DNA of 39,207 nucleotides. Origin: a virus. The notes under the pieces are model-generated. The model was not told where the DNA came from, did not search any database, and saw only the letters and a program-made list of their open reading frames with translations. The position numbers and the translations under genes are program-made. The DNA lies in IMG/VR virus record IMGVR_UViG_3300045988_010507, positions 1-39,207 of that record. One strand, given 5' to 3'. Within the stretch, counting starts at the first letter, position 1. Each line of letters starts with the position of its first letter. This document shows, piece after piece, positions 31,309 through 38,823 of the stretch.

Positions 31309-31601
31309 GGCTTTCTTTCTCCATAAGCACAATAAAAATCACCCGGCACAGTAAGGTCAACGCAAGCCCCATGCGAGCAACACAGTCCGCCTATATCCTC
31401 CCAACTATGCTTGCAGTCCTTGCACCGCACCACAGGGGCAACATCAGAGGGCTGGAAACACTCCACCTCATCGAGCATATCGTCAACCCAACAGGCACGA
31501 CACCAGCAACCGTTGTGGTCTTTCCCCTCAGCCTTGCACGGCTTACAATAACGCTCCTCGACGCTTTTCTTAAACGTTTCCATGTTAATGAATTCAGCCA
31601 T
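31305..31601 (-). CDS. Cys-rich hypothetical protein
   Basis: ORF 31305..31652 trimmed to M18 (ATGGCTGA overlap with the upstream stop). 13 Cys, including CKPCK, CWCRAC, CKDCK and CCSHGAC. Confidence 0.5.
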   Translation of the reverse strand: MAEFINMETFKKSVEERYCKPCKAEGKDHNGCWCRACWVDDMLDEVECFQPSDVAPVVRCKDCKHSWEDIGGLCCSHGACVDLTVPGDFYCAYGERKP

Positions 31602-31818
31602 CCTCATCCCCTCCAAATTCCGCTTCGTACTGTTCAGGAGTGATAACCTCAATGTCCTTTGCGGAGTAGCCCAAGGTGTCGAGGCACATCAACCGGACCA
31701 GCTTTTCCTTGTTAATAGACGCCGCAAGGTCCTCATAGGATACACCGGGTTTTGCCTCAAAACTGATTTGAGCGCCGAACTTCCCAGCCACGCTAAAGCA
31801 GATTTTATATTCAGCCAT
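31594..31818 (-). CDS. Hypothetical protein
   Basis: ORF 31594..31890 trimmed to M25 (GGAGGA SD). MAEYKICFSVAGKFGAQISFEAKPGVSYEDL... Confidence 0.5.
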   Translation of the reverse strand: MAEYKICFSVAGKFGAQISFEAKPGVSYEDLAASINKEKLVRLMCLDTLGYSAKDIEVITPEQYEAEFGGDEDG

Positions 31819-32011
31819 TGTCAGTCCTCCTGTTCCAAAATCCGACCAGCTTGTCAACGTCTTTGCTTCTCGGCGACGCCATCGCGCCAATCATGCACCC
31901 ATCCTTATGCCAAGGATTCCCAACGAGCAAAGCAGTTTCGATATAATCGATCGTTACAGCTTCAATTTTCATTTCGCATCCGCAAAACGGGCAGGGTTTT
32001 AACTCAGTCAT
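31811..32011 (-). CDS. Lar-family restriction-alleviation-like protein
   Basis: 66 aa. MTELKPCPFCGCEMKIE... near the start and ...LVGFWNRR near the end match the Lar-family pattern (KPCPFCG at the N-terminus, WNRR near the C-terminus). Confidence 0.6.
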   Translation of the reverse strand: MTELKPCPFCGCEMKIEAVTIDYIETALLVGNPWHKDGCMIGAMASPRSKDVDKLVGFWNRRTDNG

Positions 32012-32696
32012 CCTTCATCGCCTCTCCCAACGCCTTCTCCGCCTCCTCGCGGGTCAGGAATACAGTCTTGCCGAATCCGTTTAGCGCTACGCCATACTCC
32101 CGCCCTCTGGCACCTATTGGCTCAAGGCCAATAAAGCCGATTTTATTGCCCATACCAATCTGCTTGACCTCGCACTCGCTTATATGCTTATCCGTGTCCA
32201 ACAAGGCGAACACCCGCCGGCCCACCTTGCACGGCAGCACCACCAGCCGCCCGTCCTTGTCGGCCTCGGCCAGTGCCCTTACTCGGCTAACGCCACCGCA
32301 CTCTACGACGATAGCGCAAAGATCGTTCCAATCTTTAACCAGCGTGGACACTTCCACCGGTGTCTTGCCCGTGTCCTCGTATTGCATGAGCCTGCCACGT
32401 AGTTCTGCGTATGACCATGCCGCTGTATAGAGCAAGGCAAGCAAGCCTGTCGGCTCATCAGGACCGTCCAGCAAAAGCTCACCCATCGCATAGTCTACGC
32501 CGTCATCATCCATTGGGAAGTCCAAGTCCGGCAGCAAAGTCTTTGCGGCTTTGCGTATAAAATCGTAGAGCCGGATGTCTGGGTAATCCGGGCCATCACT
32601 TCCGCCACGCACCCACGTCTCAAAGTCTTTGATGTAAAACAGATTCAGGGCGGCATCAAGGTTGTTATCCGGGCAATTAGTTGTCAGTCTTTTCAT
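32004..32696 (-). CDS. Hypothetical phage protein
   Basis: 230 aa, coding-like, with no motif I recognise. Confidence 0.55.
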   Translation of the reverse strand: MKRLTTNCPDNNLDAALNLFYIKDFETWVRGGSDGPDYPDIRLYDFIRKAAKTLLPDLDFPMDDDGVDYAMGELLLDGPDEPTGLLALLYTAAWSYAELRGRLMQYEDTGKTPVEVSTLVKDWNDLCAIVVECGGVSRVRALAEADKDGRLVVLPCKVGRRVFALLDTDKHISECEVKQIGMGNKIGFIGLEPIGARGREYGVALNGFGKTVFLTREEAEKALGEAMKDD

Positions 32697-33074
32697 TTAC
32701 TTTTCCTCCTTCGGCGGTTCCGGCAGCGGCATCCATGCCAAAGCACGAGCATTTGTTCCATTGGCAACTTCACCGCCCCAGCGCCCGTTATTTTGATATC
32801 CGAGTGCGTAATTTACAAACATTCCATTAAAGTCTCCATAGCGGAAATACTCACCCCAACACAGCACTTTCCGAAAATTCTCCGGTAGCCGCTCCTCCAC
32901 CGGGATCCAGTGGGGCACCTGCCCCCGCAGTTTCTCAATTTCTTTCGCCTGCGCCTCAATCCGGTTAGCGGCTTCCACCAGATCGTCGCACAGGGTAATG
33001 GGCGTTTCGTACTCATTTGCCCGCGCCCATTCTGCGTGCTCACGCAGCACATTTACGAGTTTTGTATCTCTCAT
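32697..33074 (-). CDS. DUF551-domain protein
   Basis: 125 aa. C-terminal HWIPVEERLPENFRKVLCW...WMPLPEPP is the DUF551 signature. Confidence 0.7.
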   Translation of the reverse strand: MRDTKLVNVLREHAEWARANEYETPITLCDDLVEAANRIEAQAKEIEKLRGQVPHWIPVEERLPENFRKVLCWGEYFRYGDFNGMFVNYALGYQNNGRWGGEVANGTNARALAWMPLPEPPKEEK

Positions 33075-33757
33075 AATTCATCCCTTATGTCTCCGCCCCA
33101 TTGCTCCGCCATAGCTTTGGCTATGCCGGGGAAGGTCTTTGCGCGGGTCTTTGCATCCCTATGTGACGACAACGTATATCCAGTCTTGATCCGTCCGGTA
33201 CATCCGTCACGGCCCGATGTGCTCCCGACCCATAGTCCCTTTGGATCAACCACGTTGGTCTCGGCCAAAGAAGGCAAGCCGCGCAACCAAAGGCATGTCC
33301 GCTTTTTCCACGGATCGCCGAACATGTAGGGCTCTATGATTTGGCTATACTTTGGCAACTTGAACCATCGTAGCGGGGCTGGGTTTTCTACTGCGATTCT
33401 TTCAATCCCGCAAGACAACATACTCAAGAAAAATTGTCTCGCTTCCCAACCCTTTTGCTCTCTGTCCCAGTTTTTGATAGTATGGTCTGGGTTGAACAGC
33501 CGGACGGCGCTGCTTGCTGTCAGATAAGTGCACGGCGGGTGCGCGATCAGCAAGTCCCACTTGCCAACATCATGTGTCTGTCCGTCCATAGTGGTCACTT
33601 GCCCCCCCTCGATGGCCTTGAGCGCATCGCCCAGGATATGCCACTCCGGGTGTCCGCCGGACGGGTCCTGAATGTCACAGGAATATGCCTCATGCCCCAA
33701 TGCCCGGAATGCCTTGCAAACTTCTTGCGATTCCTCGCAGGCAACTAAAACCTTCAT
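33071..33757 (-). CDS. Short cytosine-5 DNA methyltransferase-like protein
   Basis: 228 aa. MKVLVACEESQEVCKAFRALGHEAYSCD at the N-terminus, motif IV-like HPPCTYL and motif VI-like VENP. Resembles short phage-encoded C5-MTase-annotated proteins. The SAM motif is atypical. Confidence 0.55.
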   Translation of the reverse strand: MKVLVACEESQEVCKAFRALGHEAYSCDIQDPSGGHPEWHILGDALKAIEGGQVTTMDGQTHDVGKWDLLIAHPPCTYLTASSAVRLFNPDHTIKNWDREQKGWEARQFFLSMLSCGIERIAVENPAPLRWFKLPKYSQIIEPYMFGDPWKKRTCLWLRGLPSLAETNVVDPKGLWVGSTSGRDGCTGRIKTGYTLSSHRDAKTRAKTFPGIAKAMAEQWGGDIRDEL

Positions 33758-33758
33758 C

Positions 33759-34838
33759 TCAATACCTCACTCCGATGTAGTCCAGCACTCGCGCATAGCC
33801 CAGTCCCTTTTCGTTTGGCTTCCATAGCCCATCAGCGGGGTCAAACTCCCCGCCGCCGATGCAAAAGTCATAGTGCTTCGGGTGCGTGTGCTTCATGCGC
33901 TCGAATCGGTTCTCACCTTTTTCGAGGTGCGCGCCGAACGCGCAGAACATACATCCCGTGCGTTGGCAACCCGTGCAATGCAGTTTGCAGTCGATCAGCG
34001 TTTCCGCATAGTCGTTATCACCGTCGCTGGCCACAATGTCGCCGCAGACACTTGCGATAGGGATATGCCGATCTACGATAAACCGCAGCACATCCTGCTC
34101 CGTCCAAAAGCTCATGGGCTTAGATAAGGGACGCTTTCCTTCAAAGGCGTTGCAGCCGGTTTCGCGCCATTTTTGCATCCGCAGAAGACTTTCCTCCGCC
34201 ATTGTTGCCGTCGTGGGCTTGACATCCGCTCGGTGCTCATAGCTCTTTGATGGGGACTTTTTCATAATTCCACAACACTTGTCTGATATGAGGAATGGAG
34301 CCGAAAGCAAATACGCCCACTTTTCGCAGTTGTATATGCTCTTTTCCCCATCAGTGCGAAAGACTTCCCCACGCAATAGCTTCATACTTCGGCTATTTGG
34401 TGAACGCCGCGCGGTTTCTATCCGGTGCGCTACGTCTTTACCGATGATGCTGTACCCGTACTTCGTCACCACCTGCCGGATGGTCATCTTCGGACGCAGC
34501 CGAGTAAGGTTGATCGTCACGCGAGGAAACTCCCTCCGCAGCCAGTCGGCGTACTCGTTGACGAACTTCTGGATTTCTGGATATTCCAGCCCCGTATTGA
34601 TGAATACGAGGTTCAGCGGCCACGGCGGCGTGCGGAAATGTGAGAGCCAGTTTGCGGCAAGGTAGGCCAGCACGGTTGAATCCTTGCCGCCGGAAAAGCT
34701 CACATAGACTTTCCCGTCCCATGCTGTGAACCACTCCTCGATTTTGCCGTAGGTGATGATCTCCTTGTACTCGGTATCAAGGGACATCAACTCTTTTGCT
34801 TTCTCGGGCAAGATCGGCGTGTTGGTGTATTCTGTCAT
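33759..34838 (-). CDS. PAPS-reductase-like (adenine nucleotide alpha-hydrolase) protein with a C-terminal Cys cluster (IbrA/DndC-like architecture)
   Basis: ORF 33759..34976 trimmed to M47 (AGGAGGAG SD). An alternative start at 34865 is ATGA-coupled to the DnaC-like stop. PP-loop SFSGGKDST. C-terminal CKLHCTGCQRTGCMFCAFG. Confidence 0.75.
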   Translation of the reverse strand: MTEYTNTPILPEKAKELMSLDTEYKEIITYGKIEEWFTAWDGKVYVSFSGGKDSTVLAYLAANWLSHFRTPPWPLNLVFINTGLEYPEIQKFVNEYADWLRREFPRVTINLTRLRPKMTIRQVVTKYGYSIIGKDVAHRIETARRSPNSRSMKLLRGEVFRTDGEKSIYNCEKWAYLLSAPFLISDKCCGIMKKSPSKSYEHRADVKPTTATMAEESLLRMQKWRETGCNAFEGKRPLSKPMSFWTEQDVLRFIVDRHIPIASVCGDIVASDGDNDYAETLIDCKLHCTGCQRTGCMFCAFGAHLEKGENRFERMKHTHPKHYDFCIGGGEFDPADGLWKPNEKGLGYARVLDYIGVRY

Positions 34839-34861
34839 GTCTCCTCCTAACGGGTATTCTT

Positions 34862-35587
34862 TCATTTCAGCCGGTAGTTTTTGGACCCGGTAATATTCAG
34901 TACGCAGCCTTTCGACCGCTCCGCAATGCGCGAGCCTATCGCCTCGTCCCAGTCCAGCACGCGCGAGATCGTCCACTCGGAGCTGATGATTGTCAAAAGG
35001 CTTGGCTTGATATACCGCGCATTGAGTAGATCAAACGCAATGTTGCGATCGGCCTCTGTCGCCGTTCCCTTGAGAAAATCGTCGATGTACAGTACCTTGA
35101 CGCTTTTCAGCGGATCAATGGCATCTTGATATGCCTCGGCATCGTTGACCTTTGCTTTGATGGCCGGAATATCCGCACGCCATTGCACATAGCGCACCGG
35201 TAATCCGGCGTCCATGAGCTTTCCGCACATCGCCGTACAAAGATGCGTTTTCCCGCTGCCGGGGCTTCCACCGGCGTAAAACCATTTTCCGCGCCAATCG
35301 GCAAGATAGCGTTCCGCTGCCTCTTTGGCATGCTTCTGCCACGGCTCAGTCGCGCGGTAGTTCTCCATCGTGCATCTCTGCAAAAGCTCTTTAAGCCCGC
35401 TTCTTTCGATGCGTTGCAGATTACTTTTGCGGATGGAGCATTCGCACTCCCGATACTCCGTGTTCCCGTCTGCTGACCTCCGCACGGTGTATCCAACGCC
35501 GCCGCAGAGCGGACACTCGTCAAAGATTGACGGCCCCAGGGACGTTCCATTTTTTCGCATCTCTTCCAGTATCGTGACCATGTCCAT
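34862..35587 (-). CDS. DnaC/IstB-like AAA+ helicase loader
   Basis: 241 aa. Zinc-ribbon-like CPLCGG...CEC at the N-terminus, Walker A GSPGSGKTHL and Walker B VLYIDDF. Confidence 0.8.
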   Translation of the reverse strand: MDMVTILEEMRKNGTSLGPSIFDECPLCGGVGYTVRRSADGNTEYRECECSIRKSNLQRIERSGLKELLQRCTMENYRATEPWQKHAKEAAERYLADWRGKWFYAGGSPGSGKTHLCTAMCGKLMDAGLPVRYVQWRADIPAIKAKVNDAEAYQDAIDPLKSVKVLYIDDFLKGTATEADRNIAFDLLNARYIKPSLLTIISSEWTISRVLDWDEAIGSRIAERSKGCVLNITGSKNYRLK

Positions 35588-36107
35588 TCATCGCGCCCCC
35601 TTTCTTCTCCAGCTCGCGCTTTTCCCATAGCTGGAATTTCTGTTGCCAGTTGTAGACCGGCTTTCCCTCGGTGTCTCTCCAATTGGCGACGGAGTAAAAC
35701 TCGTAGAACGGTTTGGGGTCAATAAGGCCTCCGCGCAGCTTGGAATATTCGGCAACCTCGTCAAACGTGGGAACCTTTCGTGAGAGAGATATAGAGAGAG
35801 AACTATCGTTCTCTTTCTCCCTCTCTTTCTCCCCCTCTTTCTCCTTGCGAGTTTGTTCCGATTTGTTCCTATTTTGTTCTTCTTTTGTTTTTGTTTTGTT
35901 CTGCCGATTTGCTGCTTTGTTGCGACCACTGTCCAACGTTGGACGAATCAAAGTGAAAACAGCGTGGGGAACGCCAGAAAGAGATGGCTCGCTTTCATCA
36001 AGCGCATAATCGCAGATTGCCAGCACAACGGCCTTAAAATCTTTTGCGTTGAGCGCTCGCAGCGCGTCCCTGTAACTTCGATAAAAAGTGAATTGATTAC
36101 GCTCCAT
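35520..36107 (-). CDS. Replisome organizer / replication initiation protein (DUF6291-like N-domain)
   Basis: ORF 35520..36149 trimmed to M15. MERNQFTFYRSYRDALRALNAKDFKAVVLAICDYALDESEP, then a charged low-complexity linker, then PTFDEVAEYSKLRGGLIDPKPFYEFYSVANWRDTEGKPVYNWQQKFQLW. The 3' end overlaps the DnaC-like gene by 68 nt. Confidence 0.6.
   Translation of the reverse strand: MERNQFTFYRSYRDALRALNAKDFKAVVLAICDYALDESEPSLSGVPHAVFTLIRPTLDSGRNKAANRQNKTKTKEEQNRNKSEQTRKEKEGEKEREKENDSSLSISLSRKVPTFDEVAEYSKLRGGLIDPKPFYEFYSVANWRDTEGKPVYNWQQKFQLWEKRELEKKGGAMNGHGHDTGRDAKKWNVPGAVNL
35782..35905. repeat. Iteron-like 10-bp-phased TTTGTTC repeats next to a polypurine/polypyrimidine tract and an inverted repeat (candidate origin)
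   Basis: GTTTGTTCCG / ATTTGTTCCT / ATTTTGTTCT / TCTTTTGTTT / TTGTTTTGTT at 35851-35900, with a 10-nt period. CT-only tract at 35811-35845. AGAGAGAAC-TATC-GTTCTCTTT at about 35793-35815. Confidence 0.4.
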
Positions 36108-36258
36108 CGCTTTCCTCTTTCGGCTTTGCCAGCAGGGAAACCGTCGCACCGTATCGCGTCATGACCTCTGCGATATCGGTCGCGTCACTCTCGGACACTT
36201 CTGGCAAGACAATGACCGCCTTATCGTGCGGTGAAACGATATGCACCTCGTATCTCAT
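36097..36258 (-). CDS. 53-aa hypothetical protein (MRYEVHIVSPHDKAVIVLPEVSESDATDIAEVMTRYGATVSLLAKPKEESDGA)
   Basis: GGAGGTG SD upstream of the ATG at 36258. Its stop overlaps the organizer ATG. Below the ORF-track cutoff. Confidence 0.45.
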   Translation of the reverse strand: MRYEVHIVSPHDKAVIVLPEVSESDATDIAEVMTRYGATVSLLAKPKEESDGA

Positions 36259-36270
36259 GCTGCACCTCCA

Positions 36271-36669
36271 TCAAAACGGAAGGTCCCCGTCGTCCTCGAC
36301 CTCGCTAAACTCGCCCGGGCTGCCTGATGCGGGGCTATATGAAGCGGGGCCCTCCTGCGGCTTGCTGTCGGCAAAGTACACGCTATTGGCGATGATCTCG
36401 ACCGCGCGGCGCTTATTGCCGTCCTTGTCGGTCCAGTCTCGCGCCTGCAAGCGACCGTCTACCACTACCTTGCGCCCCTTGGCGCAGGATTGAGCGGCAA
36501 ACTCTGCCGTGCGCTCCCACGCGACCACATCAAACCAATCCGTTCCGGCATCCTTACCGTCGCGGTCGACGGCGATGGGAAAGCTGGTGACCGCCTTGCC
36601 GCTCTGCGTGCGGCGCAGCTCAAGGTCCTTTCCAATGCGTCCCATGACGCTGATCCTGTTCAAGCTCAT
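36271..36669 (-). CDS. ssb: Single-stranded DNA-binding protein
   Basis: 132 aa. OB-fold pattern MSLNRISVMGRIGKDLELRRTQSGKAVTSFPIAV...DWFDVVAWERTAEFAAQ...KGRKVVVDGRLQ and an acidic tail ending in DDGDLPF. Confidence 0.9.
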   Translation of the reverse strand: MSLNRISVMGRIGKDLELRRTQSGKAVTSFPIAVDRDGKDAGTDWFDVVAWERTAEFAAQSCAKGRKVVVDGRLQARDWTDKDGNKRRAVEIIANSVYFADSKPQEGPASYSPASGSPGEFSEVEDDGDLPF

Positions 36670-36671
36670 TT

Positions 36672-36971
36672 CTATTCCTCCCTGTTTTTTCTGTAAATCA
36701 TGTTCTCCCGTGTCCAGCCGGGATATTTCGCTTTGAGGTAGCCGACGATGCAGGCGTATAACGCCGTCCTCTGTGCCCCCTCGTCAAAGGCTCTGTGGCA
36801 GGAGGGGCAGAGCGTCACAATGTTCTGCTCGATGCCTCTGCCGCCCTGCGAGCGCCGTATAACGTGCGCTACAGGCTCTCCGTTGTTTCGCCCGCAGAGG
36901 ATGCAGCGCCCGCCGTCGCGCTCGTACACGGCCTCCTTGACGCTTTTGGGGATGGACGTTGCCTTTGTCAT
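36672..36971 (-). CDS. HNH endonuclease
   Basis: ORF 36672..36986 trimmed to M6 (ATGA coupling). CILCG...AHVIRRSQGG...NIVTLCPSCHRAFD. Confidence 0.8.
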   Translation of the reverse strand: MTKATSIPKSVKEAVYERDGGRCILCGRNNGEPVAHVIRRSQGGRGIEQNIVTLCPSCHRAFDEGAQRTALYACIVGYLKAKYPGWTRENMIYRKNREE

Positions 36972-37495
36972 TTTGTGCATCGCCAATCCTCCTTCAGCGC
37001 GTCAAGCTGCTGTGGGGTCAAAGTCTCGATGCCCACCGCCTTGCAGTCCTGCACGATGTTGTCGATCAGGCGGGACATCTGCTTTGTGTCAAAGGTGGAC
37101 GAACCGTAATACAGCACCACGTTCTTGCAGCCGTCAATTTTGCTGTCCATCACTTCCGTCTGCCAGCCGATGCCGTTCTTGTTCCAGCCGCCGCATAGCT
37201 TCTGTACGGCTTTCTCTCGCACGCAGACGGTTTCCGTGTTCCCGCCGACATCTTTCACGGCCTGCCGGTAAACCTCGCTTGTGGGCGTTCCTGTGGCTTC
37301 TGCGAGCTTGTCCATCAATACCCATGCGTAAGCGTTGGCATCCAAGCTCCGCTTCTCCCGGTGCTTCTTCACGGTCACGTCAACGTCCGTCTCGTGCAGC
37401 TCGTCAAACAGCGGCCCGATATTCTCCCGCGTGGCGATGGTGAGCAGATACCCACCATCCCGCGCAAGGGATAAATCATGCAGTCGGGCTTTCAT
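36968..37495 (-). CDS. NinB/Orf-like recombination mediator (putative)
   Basis: 175 aa. VTVKKHREKRSLDANAYAWVLMDKLAE and YYGSSTFDTKQMSRLIDNIVQDCKAVGIET parallel lambda NinB (ERNRSLDQNRKLWACL and GQSTSRMRVGEFAELLELIQAFG), compared from memory. Confidence 0.5.
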   Translation of the reverse strand: MKARLHDLSLARDGGYLLTIATRENIGPLFDELHETDVDVTVKKHREKRSLDANAYAWVLMDKLAEATGTPTSEVYRQAVKDVGGNTETVCVREKAVQKLCGGWNKNGIGWQTEVMDSKIDGCKNVVLYYGSSTFDTKQMSRLIDNIVQDCKAVGIETLTPQQLDALKEDWRCTK

Positions 37496-38141
37496 TGGAT
37501 TTCCTCTTTTCCATGCAAGCCCAGCAGAGCGGCACCCCGTATTTCTTCATCGCGCCTTTGGAGATGTCGCTCACACGATAGAGCTTGCCGTTAAATGACT
37601 GCGGTGTGATCGGCTGCTTGCAGTCTTGGCAGGTGTAGTCAAACTGCTCCTTGTACGCCTGGTTGAAGGACTGCATTTCTTCCTTGCTCGGCTTCGACTC
37701 TGCGGTTCTTGGCGTGTACTTGGTCGCGTCCTTCGCCCAATACACATCCGCGCCAAAACCGAGAGCCTTGCAGGCAACGGAGATAGCATCGGTCAGCGCC
37801 ATTTTGAAGCACTCGTCAGAGGTGTAAAGGCCGTTTCGTTCGCTGGCGACAAACGCGCTGCCGCCTGTTCCTGGAATTGCATCTGACCACGCGCCATCGA
37901 CCTTAATGTAAAGATCGATGTCCACAAATGCGGAAACCTCGTTGTTTGCGCCCTGTTCCAACCGCTTATCCGTGATAACGTACTTCCAGCCAATCCCGCA
38001 GGGGCCGAACTGCTCCGTCAGCGCCTTAATGCGCCACATGGGGTTGATATCAGTCTTGCCTTTCAGCCTCCCCGCTTGAATTTCGCGCTGTGCAGACGGC
38101 GGGACTTGCCGCACGCTTTCATAAATTCCAAGGTTCTCCAT
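37476..38141 (-). CDS. Rad52-like single-strand annealing protein with a C-terminal zinc ribbon (putative)
   Basis: ORF 37476..38267 trimmed to M43. IQAGRLKGKTDINPMWRIKALTEQFGPCGIGWKY resembles the Rad52/Sak-type SSAP core. C-terminal CQDCK...CWAC. Its position beside NinB-like and SSB genes supports a recombination module. Confidence 0.5.
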   Translation of the reverse strand: MENLGIYESVRQVPPSAQREIQAGRLKGKTDINPMWRIKALTEQFGPCGIGWKYVITDKRLEQGANNEVSAFVDIDLYIKVDGAWSDAIPGTGGSAFVASERNGLYTSDECFKMALTDAISVACKALGFGADVYWAKDATKYTPRTAESKPSKEEMQSFNQAYKEQFDYTCQDCKQPITPQSFNGKLYRVSDISKGAMKKYGVPLCWACMEKRKSNESPTA

Positions 38142-38361
38142 TTTCTTCTTCCTCCAAAGTAAGCGGGCAGTTTCGCCCGGTGTATTTGTCCGGCCACGGA
38201 ATGACTTCATCCGTAAGCCCGCAGCGCTTACTTGACCGTCTGTAAAACCGGCAGGCTTCGCAGGCAATGTACGCCGTGCCTTTGCGGTCGATTGGGAAAT
38301 AGGTCACCACCGACGCCGTGCCTTTCAGGTAGCCGGAAGTGCCGTCATCCAGATTCGGCAT
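38119..38361 (-). CDS. 80-aa hypothetical protein
   Basis: ORF 38119..38454 trimmed to M32 (MPNLDDGTSGYLKGTASVVTYFPIDRKGTAYIACEACRFY...). Confidence 0.45.
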   Translation of the reverse strand: MPNLDDGTSGYLKGTASVVTYFPIDRKGTAYIACEACRFYRRSSKRCGLTDEVIPWPDKYTGRNCPLTLEEEENGEPWNL

Positions 38362-38515
38362 CGTCTTCCACCTCCGTAAACCATTCCTCGCCGCAGTACG
38401 GGCAGACCGCCCGCTCGGCGTAATACCAGCCGTTTTCCCCATCGAGGTTTTCACGCTCCATGTAGGTGTATGGCTCCGTAAAAATCGCGTGACAGCTCTC
38501 GCATTGATACATCAT
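38345..38515 (-). CDS. 56-aa zinc-ribbon protein (MMYQCESCHAIFTEPYTYMERENLDGENGWYYAERAVCPYCGEEWFTEVEDDAESG)
   Basis: ATGA-coupled to the upstream gene. CxxC...CxxC. Below the ORF-track cutoff. Confidence 0.5.
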   Translation of the reverse strand: MMYQCESCHAIFTEPYTYMERENLDGENGWYYAERAVCPYCGEEWFTEVEDDAESG

Positions 38516-38823
38516 AGCCGACCCGCTTTCTTCAAAAATTTCCGCTCGCCCTTCGTTCGCACCAAGATCGCCATCGCGCGGGAGTATTCGCCGCGATAGT
38601 GACGCTCAATCTCGTCCGCATTGCGGGCAAGGAAGTAGCCATTGCCCTCGCAGGCGTTGACGATAAATGGGCCGTCCTCCGTTTCCTCGCGCCGTGCCTC
38701 CTCGATGAGCTTGCGCACGGTGCGGTCCGGCAAGCCGAGCAGGGCGCATAGGGCACCGCGCGTCATAGCATCGTCCTCGCCCTCGCCGAGAGCAGACAAC
38801 AAACGCAAAGCATCGTCTGTCAT
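38512..38823 (-). CDS. Winged-helix-like DNA-binding protein
   Basis: ORF 38512..38865 trimmed to M15 (ATGA coupling to the repeat-protein stop). MTRGALCALLGLPDRTVRKLIEEARRE... Confidence 0.5.
   Translation of the reverse strand: MTDDALRLLSALGEGEDDAMTRGALCALLGLPDRTVRKLIEEARREETEDGPFIVNACEGNGYFLARNADEIERHYRGEYSRAMAILVRTKGERKFLKKAGRL

Noticed and set aside
35520-35587. Programmed frameshift at A_AAA_AAT within the 68-nt overlap of the organizer and DnaC-like genes
   Set aside because: The heptamer is in phase only for the DnaC-like frame, and a -1 shift there would end after a few codons. The overlap is more simply explained by an uncertain start choice or a genuine overlap.
37431-38230. Apparent 1-nt frame discrepancies at about 37440/37441 and 38220/38221 when I walked codons by hand through the NinB-like and SSAP genes
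   Set aside because: The computed ORF track shows both genes as continuous ORFs, and both discrepancies fall exactly at line breaks of the printed sequence. I attribute them to my manual reading. Coordinates in this interval follow the ORF track and could be off by 1 where I derived them by hand.
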